Assembly: GCA_976551045.1 (NCBI GenBank)
Contig: CDPCPM010000076.1
Coordinates: 26,784,001-26,848,000, forward strand
Length of the DNA: 64,000 nucleotides
Reading direction: 5' to 3'
DNA from: Glaucostegus cemiculus
Lineage: Eukaryota
The translations under genes and the position numbers were made by a program. Positions 1 through 11,814 of the stretch are shown piece after piece. How positions within the stretch are numbered: position 1 is the stretch's first letter; each line of letters starts with the position of its first letter. The notes beneath the pieces are model-generated. The model saw nothing but the letters and a program-made list of their open reading frames with translations, made no database searches and had not been told where the DNA came from.

Positions 1-229
1 GGAAGACAGAGCTTGCACCATAGCCTGTGACATTCAAGGATATAGTTAATACTTATGCAGCAAGAATCTTTCAGGATGCCTTGTGAAATACTCACATCTT
101 TGAATTATCTGTGGTATTTTCATACGGGATATTCTTGTGACACTCTGAACTCTGGGGAATGAATATGTATCATAATCATTGGCCATAGAGAACCAAGGGC
201 ATAGATTGTAAGGGTCTGAACAGATTGCA

Positions 230-683
230 AGACTGCCAAGGTCCAATGCATGTAGGCATTGCAAGCAGTGTATTTATATTTGGATGCAGGAACAGGAAGG
301 GATGCTACCATGTACAGCTTGTCTGTGATTACTGGCAGCGCATTATGCAGGTGAATGCTTGTGATCCAGCAAGCTCATAACATTCATGAGACAACCACCT
401 GATGCAATGATCTTCATGCTTCAATCCATTGAACATTGTTGTATAGTCGGTGACAAGAGATGGCCACTGATGCCATAACTCATAACTCTACAGAGAAACC
501 TTCAGACATTGGGTGGACACTCAGTCACCAGTGAACAGGATTATCATTGAGTAGAGCACTGAGGTACTCAAGACAAGATTTAGACATATTGAGTAGCCAG
601 GTGGTGTCCAATAGTACTCAGTCAAGAAAATCTTTAGAAGTGTGCTGATTTGATCTATGCTCCACAATCCAGCCATTATCTGG
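230..683 (+). mobile_element. Decayed PIF/Harbinger (HARBI1-like DDE_Tnp_4) transposase relic
   Basis: Manual translation across stops and frameshifts gives RNRKGCYHVQLVCDYWQRIMQVNACDPAS, IVGDKRWPLMP*LITLQRNLQT and RIIIE*STEVLKTRFRHIE*PGGVQ*YSVKKIFRSVLI*SMLHNPAI. These match the Harbinger motifs NRKGxHSxNVQxVCD, LGDxGYPL and IExxxGxLKxRFRCL...LHN in the right order. Confidence 0.8.
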
Positions 684-2265
684 AAATGTAATGAAAAGAA
701 GGCGTAAGAGGAACACGTGAGAGAGTCATGTAGATGGCCAACATTTGGGGCAGCTGTTTGCCAGCCTCTAACTGAATAGCATATCTGAGACACATCCTCC
801 ATTATTTGACTTCAAGCACTATTGCTTTCCCTACCATAGTTGAGGATCAATTAATATGGCCAGCATAGGACACTCAAACCTTTCAAACCCCTTCCTCATT
901 GAGATTCAATAAAAACAAAATAATTAATTCAATGAGTGCTGCGCTAGTCACAAGAAAAAGTGCTCAGAATTTTAATCCATACTTCCAGGTGCCTACATTT
1001 GGGCTATCTATAAGTACTCCTACCTACTTTGATGTTCCAGTGAGGTACACCTTCAATGGCACTGGTAGACTGGGAACCTGAAGGCAATCTGGAAATTCCC
1101 TGATGAACACTCTTCTGACTACACTGTCCCATCATGGTCTTGAGCAGGCTGGGCATACTGGCTCAGAGGCAACTGCAAGAGCAATGGAGAAGCTGGAGGA
1201 GGAACCTCCAGAAAAAGGCTAGTGAGTTCCTACTCCACAACTCCACTAACACTACCGTTGGGCATTGCTCAGTGATCCCAAGCATGGGGTGGAGGTGGGG
1301 AGATCCCTTGATAGTTGACACATACTTAATGCCCCTTTCAACCCAGAAGTCTTCATGGCAACTGCACTTATCCTGGGTCTTGTTGCTAAGCTGCGGTGTT
1401 ATCACTCTTTGGTACAGCCTTCGGTATCTCCATATCTGCTTCTGATGATCTTTCTGAGATGACGGCTTTCTGATTTGCAATTCCCTCTTCCTTGTATGAT
1501 CTGAGATATGATGTGTGTCAAATGTAGGCTTCATCCATAGTGTGTCTCCAGTACTTAGTGATGACAAGTAATACAGTAATACAGCAGCAGATGCCAGTCT
1601 TTTTCTAGTTGCCCTGAATTATCCTTCTATACTTTGTCCATCTATGGTTCTAGCAGATTTTCTGTTGTAGTAAATAGAGCTCTAATTCAATAATCCATCA
1701 TTTTCTTCCCTGATTTGCTTGTCTTTCTTGGGTTAGGGTATTGGAGAAGGCTAGGATCCTCAAGCAAGAGTCCAGCTATGATGAGATAAGAATAAATAAC
1801 ATAGAAAATAAGAGGAAAATGGCTCTTCAAGCCTGCTCCATCATTCATCAAGATCATAGCTAATCTACTCAGTCTTTCCATGACATGGAGGTCAATATGG
1901 GTGAATGAAAATAAAGTATAACTTGACTTGAACTTAACTTGACTTGACCACTCTCACAATATTTGCTGCCTCCCTACTACTCTGTAGAAAATGAGGTAAC
2001 GACTTCCAGTGATCAAATGGCCAGTCCTCAGAGAAGCTCACAAAGTTGTCTGCTGTGAATTGCAGCCATGTTAAGCCCCTCGGTGAGGCCATATCTATCC
2101 TTTGTTCCAGGGGCGCCTATTGATGAATATGCATCTTCTAATCAGACAATATCCCCCCAAAATTACAAAATAATCCATTGGCACATATTCCCTCTTTATT
2201 TCCTTGTGGTTCTGCAAGCTATTCTCTCTCAAGCCCATCAAACCTTTGATTCTTTTTGTCATTGA

Positions 2266-2457
2266 CCTGCATCAAGGGTAATTCACAGTAACTAATTAAC
2301 CTTCCAGCATGTGTTTGGGATGTGGGAGGAAGCTGGCAGTAATCCATGAGGCCATGGGGACAACTTGCAAACTCCAGACAGACAACAGGGAAGGTCAGGA
2401 GCAAACCCAGGTTGCTGGAGCTGTGAGGAAGCAGCATTAGTCACAATCCCACTGTGA
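2266..2457 (-). mobile_element. V-SINE (HE1-like), degenerate
   Basis: Reverse complement has a tRNA-like head (ctgcttcctcacagctccagcaacctgggtttgctcctgacc) followed by a V-domain-like core (gtctggagtttgcaagttgtcccc...cttcctcccacatcccaaac). Similar to the other copies in the window. Confidence 0.75.
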
Positions 2458-2729
2458 ACATTGGAACTTAAAGAGAATGAAGCGTCTCCCTTGGTTGGTT
2501 CTGCTCTACAAATCTGTAGATCTTGCATTTTGCATATTGTCCCTGAGCTTCCCATTCATCCTCAGCCAATAGATACTTTCATTTACTCTGTGTAGGCAAC
2601 CACACATGTGCAGGTGTAAGAAGTAAATTTGTTTGATTGTATCATACCTTTGTAGCTTAAGAATAGTTTTGTCTCTAAAGATAAGGTTACTTTGAGCAAA
2701 TTGGGAAGTATGGTTGGAGAAAAGGAAGG

Positions 2730-3058
2730 ATGTGATTGCACTGGAGAGAGTGCAGAGAAAGGTGTTGTTTGGATGGAAAGACTTTAGTCAATGGGAGATA
2801 TTGGATATGCTGTGTAGCAAGGAAGGCTGAGAGGAGACATGATAGAATTATATAAGATTATAAGGAATAGATTGGGTAGGTAGTCAAATTTTTTTTTGCC
2901 ATAGTAATGGTATCAAAAAGAAGAGGGCATAAGTTTAAAGTGAGAGGAAGGAGTTTTAAAGGGGATCTAAGGATTGCTTTTTGTATAGAGATTGGTTGGT
3001 TTCTGGAACATGCTGCAAAAGAAGTGGTGGAATTGCATACAATTGCTGTGTTTAAGAG
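2730..3058 (+). mobile_element. CR1 LINE 3' ORF2 fragment
   Basis: Reads ..ALERVQR.., RLRGDMIELYKI and RGHKFKVRGRSFKGDLR, typical of the CR1 ORF2 C-terminus. Homologous to ~42730-43080. Confidence 0.8.
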
Positions 3059-3534
3059 CAAGAGCCTTCAGCATATTGTTTCTCCAGGACTCTCTATGCA
3101 TCTGAGCATAGTGTTAGCTTCAAGGTATTACAACACAGGCTCTGCTGTGACCATCCCTTGAATTAATTTGACTGCATGCTTGCAAGTGTCCAACCAGTAC
3201 TATTCCACATCTTTCTTGGTTAGCTGTCTGACAGACTCGCGCATCTCACCCAGATGGGGCAAGAACATGTTCAGATAGGTGACAAACCCTAGAAATATTT
3301 GTACTGCTGCAACATTGATAGAGCTGAACATCTTTTCTCCCTGCCTTGATATTTGATGAATTTACCTTCAGACCATTTCTGGTAATTTATGTTATATATA
3401 CATTACCGGACTGCAAACATTTTGTGCAATGGTAAATTATACTTCCCCTCTCACTTTAAACTTATGCCCTCTTCTTTTTGTTACCATTACTATGGAAAAA
3501 ATAATTGACTACCTACCTGATCTATTCCTTATAA
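2858..3534. repeat. Short inverted duplication: 2858-2947 vs 3447-3534
   Basis: Reverse complement of 3447-3534 aligns to 2858-2947 with 3 substitutions plus differences in a T-tract. A 34-nt block (caaaaagaagagggcataagtttaaagtgagagg) is identical. Confidence 0.85.
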
Positions 3535-5584
3535 GTTTATTCCACCAGATCTCCACAAAGCTTCACTGGTGAGTATAAAGTCCCATTGTATCATTGCTTC
3601 AACATGGTTCCTTGTTTGCTTTTAGAAGCTTTGTTTTCAATATAATTGTATGTAGTAGTAACTCTAGTAGACAGCAACTAATGTTTGCAATAACATTGGC
3701 AACACCAACCGTAATACTGAGGGCTGTTTAAGCAACTGAGAGAGTTGGAGAAAGAATGGATTAGATGGGTTCTGCTCATCATTTCAATTTCCCCATCTGC
3801 ATTGCAAAGTGTTCTGTTACACTGATTCATAAAGGAAGAAGCCTGTACTTTCCCACAGCTGCAGAGAAAGACATGCTAAAAATAGTTGTCAATTGGGTTA
3901 GGCCTGAAGATTCAGCAGTAAATTAAAATCCTTGATAAAGAGAAAGATAGACATATAAACAAATATACACTGGCAGCACCGTGGTGCTAACTGCAATTGT
4001 AATTCAGAAATAGAAGCTGCTAATTATTCTGAGTTTGCAAAGAAATATGAAAAGCAAATAGCTATTATCTGTTTAAAATTGTATCATCTCCCCTAAGCTC
4101 TACAATATCTGGTTAAACACTAATGTTCAGAACAGCATTAACATTAGTCTGGATGGCTGACAGTTTTTTTTGAATGCCCCTATCAATATGCAGTAAGTAA
4201 TTTGAGGCTGCAATAGCTCCAGGAAACTATTGTTGTGTGTTTTCTCATCACTTGCACCACTTTATACAATATTAACGCTCTTAAGGGAAAATCCATCTCG
4301 TCTGATTATGTTAATCTAAATCCTCCGTTTGCCTTTCTTGGTCCAGGGTACTAGGATTCTTGCAGGAATTGACTGAGGTTCTCCATACAATATATGAAAC
4401 AAAGTCTTTTGGCCTTCCAGATAGATTTTATCAGAGTTATCAGATTAAAACTGCATTATCACCAGTTAAACTCATTAAACTATAATTTAGCTGACTACTA
4501 AGTAGAATAATTAATTAATTGCTGTGTAAATTGTTTTATTCATTAGTGATCCTTTACTCCAAATACTCCATAAAAACCAATGGAAAATCCAAGCATACAA
4601 CAATAACTCTGGCTATTAAACAATTTATTATAAAGTGGAGAGGGCATAAATGGAGCAAGCTTAACAGTAAATAGAAGCAGCATAAATTGTGGGTTACTAA
4701 AATGCTGAAAATGTATTCATGGTCATAAAGGTTATAATCATCAAAGTAATAAATTCAAAGATGTTCAAAGTAATAGATGTATTGTTTCTGTTTAACATTT
4801 GATGTAGCACTTAGTGGCCATTCATAATTTTCTTCCTGACACTTCAAATGGCCATGGTATGAACTTCCTAAGAATTTCAGTGCAATATTTGATCAAATAA
4901 GAAGATATATATCAATTAAATAAAACTGACAAATATAACAGTGAGTGAGTATACAATGTCATCATTTTGCTTGTTTAAAAGCAATTATCAAGTCAAGCAT
5001 ATACAGAGAATTAGAATGAGTTTTCAGTACCAATACTGACTCTGTGTAAATGAGGAAATTGTTTAAAGCCTGTTTCACAATGAGGCTGCTAGGTTTTCTG
5101 TTGCAAGAAATATTTGTGTAATTATAGTGAATTTAAATGCGCAAACATGTTAAATGCATTAAAGACCACTTACACTATGAAAATGCACTACAAAATAATT
5201 AACCAATTTATCAAAATATTTCACAGAACCAACATACAAATTTAGCTTCAAACTTGCTATTATTTAGTTATTTTTAAATTAGTTTTACTATAGTATATAC
5301 AGAACAAATGCTGCTTAACAGTTTGACTGGAATATATAAATAACCCCATTTGTAACAAAATAGATTATATTATTGGTTGAAAGGGGAATTATAAAGCAAA
5401 CCAATTAAGGAAAGGGTTCTTTGGCAATTCTGATTTATAAAAATAATTACCAAAGGTTTCCAAAAAAAATACCCTGGGGCAAGGTAAAACAAAATCCTTA
5501 TTGGCTGTGTTATCTTAAGTATACCCTCATTCATTCATTAATGCCAATCCTGTACAAAGATTCTATTGTTCATATTTTGTTTCA

Positions 5585-5946
5585 ACATAGAAGGAGACCA
5601 CTTAGCCTATTGAGTCTAGATTGGCTCTCAAAGCAATCACGTCAATCACATTCTCCCACATTTTCTTCTAGCCTATTGTCTCTCACATGCCATCAACACC
5701 ATTTCCCCCTCCCATCCCTTGCCCTCTGAGTTCTCTCAATACCCACTTAAACTGGGGGCAAATTACGGTAGCCAATCAACCTACCTGCTGTCTTCGGGTA
5801 GTGGAAGGAAACAGGAGCACTTGGGGGAAACTCACATGGTCACAGGAAGAACATGCAAGCTCACACAGATAATACCAGAGGTCAAGATCAATTCTGAGTC
5901 ACCAGAGAGGTGAACCAGCAGCTCTACCAGCTGCTCCACTGTGCCA
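5585..5946 (-). mobile_element. V-SINE (HE1-like) with CR1-type 3' tail
   Basis: Reverse complement starts ggcacagtggagcagctggtagagctgctgg (A-box-like), continues through the V-domain core and ends in a CR1-like tail (ctccttctatgttg). Confidence 0.8.
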
Positions 5947-6090
5947 CAATTAAAAGTGTCCCTTTGAGAATATCCACTTTGCTTTTGTGTGATCTTATTA
6001 ACGGCATTTTCCATGATTAATGTTTATGAAAATAATGTAATTGAAATGCATCATATCTTGTTAAATTCTTTATTTCCATCCAGTAAATTG

Positions 6091-6148
6091 CATGTGTCTG
6101 TGTGTGTGTATGCATGTGTGTATTTGCACACACATGCACATGCACACA
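6091..6148. repeat. Imperfect (TG)n/(CA)n alternating purine-pyrimidine tract
   Basis: catgtgtctgtgtgtgtgtatgcatgtgtgtatttgcacacacatgcacatgcacaca. Confidence 0.8.
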
Positions 6149-9099
6149 TTAACCATAGCTGATAAGTTCCAAGTTTGCTGCAACGATTAAGTTTGTATCG
6201 ACATTAAATAAGAAAATACTGAAAATCTGAGTTCACATAGAATATTCCAGCTATAAAAGATCATGCATGATATTGTATAATAAAACATTTGGTGAGATTT
6301 AAAGACCTGGTGAGATTTCAAGGCAAGAAATAAATAATTCTCAATCCATTGTTTTTACTTTTTTTCCTCCTATTGTCTGCCTTCAATTATAAATACACCA
6401 GAAAGTGCTGACAGCTTAAATGTCTTTAGAATTTCCGTCCTATGCCTCAGTGAAGATTCCTGACTTTAAGTTGCTGAAAATGGTAACAGGATGTACACAT
6501 AAAATAGAGAGTCAAAATCCCCATTAATTAACTTGACAATACAGTTGAATTGTGATAAACACATGTTGCCTTGCCAAGATATTTTATGCTTTAATCTGGG
6601 ATTCTAAAAATTATGAATATTACTCCAGCACCTCCAATGTTTTCCAATACTTCAGTCATAAGGAATATATGCAGCAATAAAATGTTTATGAGATTGGATA
6701 TTACACATAAAATATGCATTTTGGACAACTAAAATAAATGGCAGTTCATTTGGTACACTCCAATTTTGGCATTTAATTGTATATGAATGATATATTACAT
6801 TGCATGTTCCAAAGTTCTTGTTAAATGTTGTGATGCCATTTATGATTAACTAAGAGATAAAAGTTTGTGATGGAAACCAATGGAGAAAATGAATGATAAT
6901 TCAATATTCACCAATTCCTGGGAAATAGAAGCCAATTGAAATTCTTATGTTATGGATTATTTGCAATTGTGTTGGATGCATTTCATTGTTTGAAATTCTT
7001 ATTCATATTTTGAAATAAAGTATCAAAATAAAGAAGGATTACACTACTAACCAAGAACCATTGGACATTACGTAGAAGCAAATGTTTTTAATTTAAATGT
7101 TTGATTTAGGAATTGAATACAATTAACATGAAAAAAATCCTGAGAGGCATTCCAGATGTTATTGCTTTATCACAAATGTTTCATCATTAATTGATTAAGT
7201 CAGTGGGACAGAAGTCATAGTTAGCTGCGAGTCACCTGTGCTTGCAAACCCTGCTCACTGTGGACCAATGAACAAGGTTCAAACTATCCAAGAATTGTTC
7301 CCTAGTGGGAATGTGGGTCAGAAGTGGTTCAGTGAAAAGCCCTGCATATTGATGGGGATAACATGGAGTTCATGGTGGGGCTGAGAGTGGGAGGTGGGTG
7401 GAACAAACCACACCCACAAAAAGAAGGCAGTCAGATATATCAAAGCTTTCAAAAAAACCTGAATATTTCAGGTATTCAATGACATTCAGAACCATTCAAA
7501 ATATATTGAAACTCTGCTATTAAAAACTACTGCACCAGGCCTCACACTGACAATTCTGATTGGAACCACTGATGTCAGATGTTCTGCTTTTCCACTCTCG
7601 TGAGTTTTCAAATAGGAAAGTTTGGATTTTATCATCTGACTTCAGTGGTGGGGTTCAGTCTTTCTGGGATTCTCCAGCATAATTCCGGATTCGATGACAA
7701 AAAAGAAGCTGAGAACCTATTTTAATTATTTTGCTTTAATTCTCTGTTTTCAATTACTTTTAAGTGTTCTATATGTTATTAATTAACTTTTTTAAAAGTT
7801 AATCTCTTCAGTACACTTGGATTTTTTCTGCAAGTCAACATTATTTAAAAGCTTTTAAAATCACTTTGAGCTTTCACAGCAGATAGAGCCCCATTCCCAG
7901 CTTTGCTGGCTCTGAACAGTTGCTTCAATGATTGTGCCTACAGACTACTCCAGTCCAGTCAGTGTTGAGACCATACTGCAAAACTCAACGTGCAGAGAGC
8001 CAAAAAGATGGGCCTTCTGCAACTCGATGAGGCCAGTGCACACTTGTAGAATCTCTAGATGGAACTTCTTGGCTGGTTCAGCATGATACAATGCAATAAG
8101 TGTATTAACGACGTTTAATATTTCTCTTTTCAGAGTAAAGTTAAAAAGTAACTGAAAATCCCAAAACACTTTCATGTGCTTACATGATCAAGTTTTAAAT
8201 ACATCAGAATTAATCAAAACATTTCCCTGTTTATCGCAACTATTCTTCCCCATTGACACCACAATGGCTTCTCTTACTGAATTCCAACATCAGATCACAT
8301 TTTCAAAAATCAACCACTAATAGCTGACTGCAACTTCAGGAATTCTGTGCTCGAGTAGTGCTTCAAAAGTGGCTCATGGCTGTTTAATGAATCATTAGCA
8401 GTTATGTGAGTAAATACCAACATTTCTCCATAAAGTCCAGACTACCAATTTTTTAAAACTGTCTTGAGAATATGATGCAAGACCATGCATTGGAATGATC
8501 TGTTTACCTGTAAAAGTTTTTAACCAGTGATAAAATAAAAGTTTAGTTAGAAGGCATATTTTACAATTGAAATATAGGAGCAGGAGTAACTTTTTGAGTC
8601 TGCTCCACCATTCAATATGATCATGGCTGGTCATCCATGTAATAGAAAATAATAAATTTATGTGGGAAACTGCAAAAATTGACTTTCAACCACATTGACC
8701 CTCTTACTTTTCTGATCAAACACAAGTATTATTTGGCTTAATTAAATATGCCTGAAGTTTCAGACAAGATCAATGATGAAAAAATAATACATTTCTGAAA
8801 GAGTAGCTGGGACAATATTGCATTCAAATAGTTGTTTTAATTGCTATAATTAAAAAAGGCAATCAATCACATGTTTCGACAAAAGAGTGAAAAGTTCATA
8901 TTTAAATTGATAATTTGACTCTTAAAAAGATCCTAATTTATCAGATTCATTATTGTAAAAAAACTAACAAGTAAACATAATGTTCTTCAGTGATTACCAA
9001 ACTAACTGGTAAAGTGTTATTCTGGGCGCTTGCTAATTACATTAAACATATGTCAAGAGACTTTCTTTCTTAAAATAGTGTTGCAGTCTTGACAATATA

Positions 9100-9700
9100 G
9101 ATGTAGAAGGAGGCAATTCAGCTCCTTAATCCTTTTCCCATATTCAAATGGACAATCAACTCCATTGACTCAATTAAAACAGAAAACCTAAGGATATTCA
9201 CCAGGTCAGGCAGCATTCATGGAGACAGAAACAATTAATATTTGTCAGAACTATTGTCAGAACAAACTTACAGCATTTTCTGCTGTTTATTTCACATTTA
9301 TTGCATCTGCAGTTGTTGATTCCACTTTGTCCTCTATCCTCAATACACTTCTCCAACAAAAATCTCATTGTCAATGCTGAAAATTACACATGATCCGGCA
9401 TCCACAGCCATTTAGAGGAGACGTTTCCAAATTCTACTTCCCTTTGCATGAGAAAAGCTTTCCTGACGTGATCAAGATCTGGATGTTAAGGTCGCAGTAT
9501 CCTAGATCAGGAAGTAATCTGTCTTCAGCTAGCCAATTGACTCTCCATAACTTTGAACAGTTCTGTTAGTTAATCTCTCAATGTTCCAGTCAAAGAAATA
9601 GAAACCACGATTATACTACCCTGTCTCAGAAGCAAAGCCTTTAAACCCAGGTTATAAATATGCCATGTGTTTGCTCTAATGGCCTATGCATGTTCAATTA
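9100..9700 (-). mobile_element. Old CR1 3' fragment containing a small Penelope-derived fold-back insert (~9176-9315)
   Basis: CR1-tail-like agaaggaggcaattcagctcc and catccacagccatttagaggagacgtttccaaattctacttccctttgcatgagaaaagc. The insert carries caggtcaggcagcattcatggagacagaaac...cagcattttctgctgtttatttc. Confidence 0.55.
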
Positions 9701-10206
9701 AATTGAGCTCTTTGCATCATTGATGTATAATGCTTGCTGGCTTTTTTCTTTGTATATTTAAAATTATCATTGATTTCAGTTTAGTTGGGAGGAATATAAA
9801 CAGTGAGTAAATACATTCAATTTTAAGAAATGGAGAACCTAGCATGCCTTTAGAATAAGTGAAGAATGCACTCTGGACTTTTTAATATTGTAATGTTAAT
9901 GAGTTAATCAAAACCAAATAACAATTGACTTTCCTAAACAAAATCATCATATTTCTAATAACAGTTCTGCTTAACTTTAAGAAATTAGTTTCCATATGCC
10001 TCCACAGTTTAACCAATCTTCTGTTGTTCAATTTAAGAGAAATCCAAAGCACTCTGATGCTTCACTTGTGTTCTGTCTGTTTCATTGCAAGGAGCCCATG
10101 TACTGATTTTTGCATCCGTTTTTGAAGCACCTATGAGTGGAAAAAAGAGTAATGATTCCAGGCCTGGCTTTCATTGTTTCACTACATTCTCATCCTTTTT
10201 CTGCAG

Positions 10207-10380
10207 GCTGCCGTTAAATAGCTGTTCTTCTAACAGGATGAGCTCTGGTAGTTCGGATGAGTTCTTCCAGTCAATGAATCATGCAGAGCAAACATTTCGA
10301 AAGATGGAGAACTACCTCCAACACAAGCAGCTGTGCGATGTTCTACTAATCGTTGGCGATCACAAGATTCCCGCCCATCG
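10207..10380 (+). CDS. KLHL4: Kelch-like protein 4, first exon visible in window (start of BTB domain)
   Basis: Acceptor ttctcatccttttttctgcag, donor CG|gtaaag. Encodes [58 protein letters not shown]; 174 nt, phase 2-2. A possible alternative acceptor would start the exon at 10237. Confidence 0.9.
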
Positions 10381-11677
10381 GTAAAGATCAAACTTTATCT
10401 CAGTCCATTATAGGACTTGTCCAACTTGTTTCAGTTTCATGTATACCCTTTGAAGTCACATTGGACTGCTGGTGCTCTTCAGCTGATAAAAATATAAAAT
10501 GCTCTATATCTCTCTGATAATTCAAAACTCTGAATGCTTACAATTAGAATAAAGGTAGATCTATCAAATTACATTTTTTATCAGTTACTTCATGTCAACT
10601 CAACAGCTTGTGCAAAGAGCAGGTGTATTAAAACTCTACTGAAATAGGCAAATGTAGACTTTGAAGTGGCATCTTGAATATTGATGTATTTGGCATTATT
10701 ATTCAATGTTAGCACTGTCAACAAGAATTACAGTATTTAAATATTCTCCTGATAGCACATATTTAAATACAATAGGATTTCCTTTCATACCCCTGACATT
10801 ATGAATATATATTATGTCAATGATGATGTAAAATAAAGAGAAAGTAAGTAATGGTTTTAGTTATCATCACCTTTGTTAGCATTGTTTTTCAATGAAGTCC
10901 CAATGTATAATCTTCCAACTAAAATCACTTCTAACAAAGAAATCGGTACAATTGAGATGATGAAAGAATTGCTTCTCTTTCGTTAGAACTGAACCAAAGG
11001 AAATGAAATTAATACAGCTATATTTTTGTTACTTATAATAAATTCACTTTGAAGCTCACTAAAATTGTACCTTCATAAAAACACATAGTATGAACGAATA
11101 ACAGGAATTAAACATAAATCATCACTACCGCTTCCCTCAAGAGTCTGTTTTGAATTCTTGGGAGTACCAGATGGTGGTGATTAAAGGCTTTTGGCTTAAA
11201 ACTCAGGACGTCAATACTTAAACAAAACCTAATCAATGTTTGAATCCTATTTTGGGAGATGAACATTTATAGTAACTTAAAAGACAATTTGCAAATTTCA
11301 TAATGTTTTAGTAAAAAAAATATTTATCACTGGACAAAATTTAAATTTATGGTTGATGATTTTCATCATCAAAATATGAATCTAAGTTTCAGTATTTTTT
11401 AATCATGTTGCTTAACTTACCATTCATTATGACCTCACTTGTAATTAGCATAATGTTTACTTGATAACAAAAATCAAGTCCATTAACTGTAGCCAGCTAT
11501 TCTTACATAATTTCCCTGTGTAAAGACCTGACCTGGAGAAAAACATTAAATAGATACGTAACAATTTCTTTCACTGATGTGAGGCGTTCAGGACAATGAA
11601 GTTGACAGAAGGATTAGTGCTACATTTTTATTTTGAAGTTTTCTGCTTATCATTGATGTTATGTCCACCGCTTGCAG

Positions 11678-11814
11678 ACTGGTCCTCAGCGCCGTTTCAG
11701 ACTATTTTGCTGCCATGTTTACAAATGATGTACGTGAGGCCAAGCAAGAAGAAATTAAGATGGAGGGTGTAGACCCAGAAGCACTTAAAGCACTTGTTCA
11801 CTATGCTTACACAG
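11678..11814 (+). CDS. KLHL4: KLHL4 exon (BTB domain), not in the ORF track
   Basis: cttgcag|A CTG GTC CTC AGC... encodes [45 protein letters not shown](G); donor G|gtaacc; 137 nt, phase 2-1. Confidence 0.95.

Larger units (their letters stand above)
1530..3425 (-). mobile_element. Fragmented Ty3/Gypsy LTR-retrotransposon pol relic (RT/connection then integrase), interrupted by a V-SINE and a CR1
   Basis: Minus-strand translations: ~3120-3330 VAAVQIFLGFVTYLNMFLPHLGEMRESVRQLTKKDVE*YW...VTAEPVL (RT thumb/connection); ~2461-2640 ESIYWLRMN / KCKIYRFVEQNQPRETL (integrase Zn-binding region); 1943-2068 LQFTADNFVSFSEDWPFDHWKSLPHFLQSSREAANIVRVVK (integrase core, cf. GPQF..F..W.F.H.TSSPHYPQSNG.AE..V..VK); ~1540-1760 EDPSLLQYPNP, RALFTTTENLLEP, LSSLSTGDTLWMKP. 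RT-before-INT order is the Gypsy arrangement. Confidence 0.8.

Noticed and set aside
1134-1567. Overlapping 103-aa and 134-aa ORFs as a novel gene
   Set aside because: They lie between Harbinger and Gypsy relics, the start of the minus ORF is Gypsy integrase tail, and I recognised no domain or exon structure.
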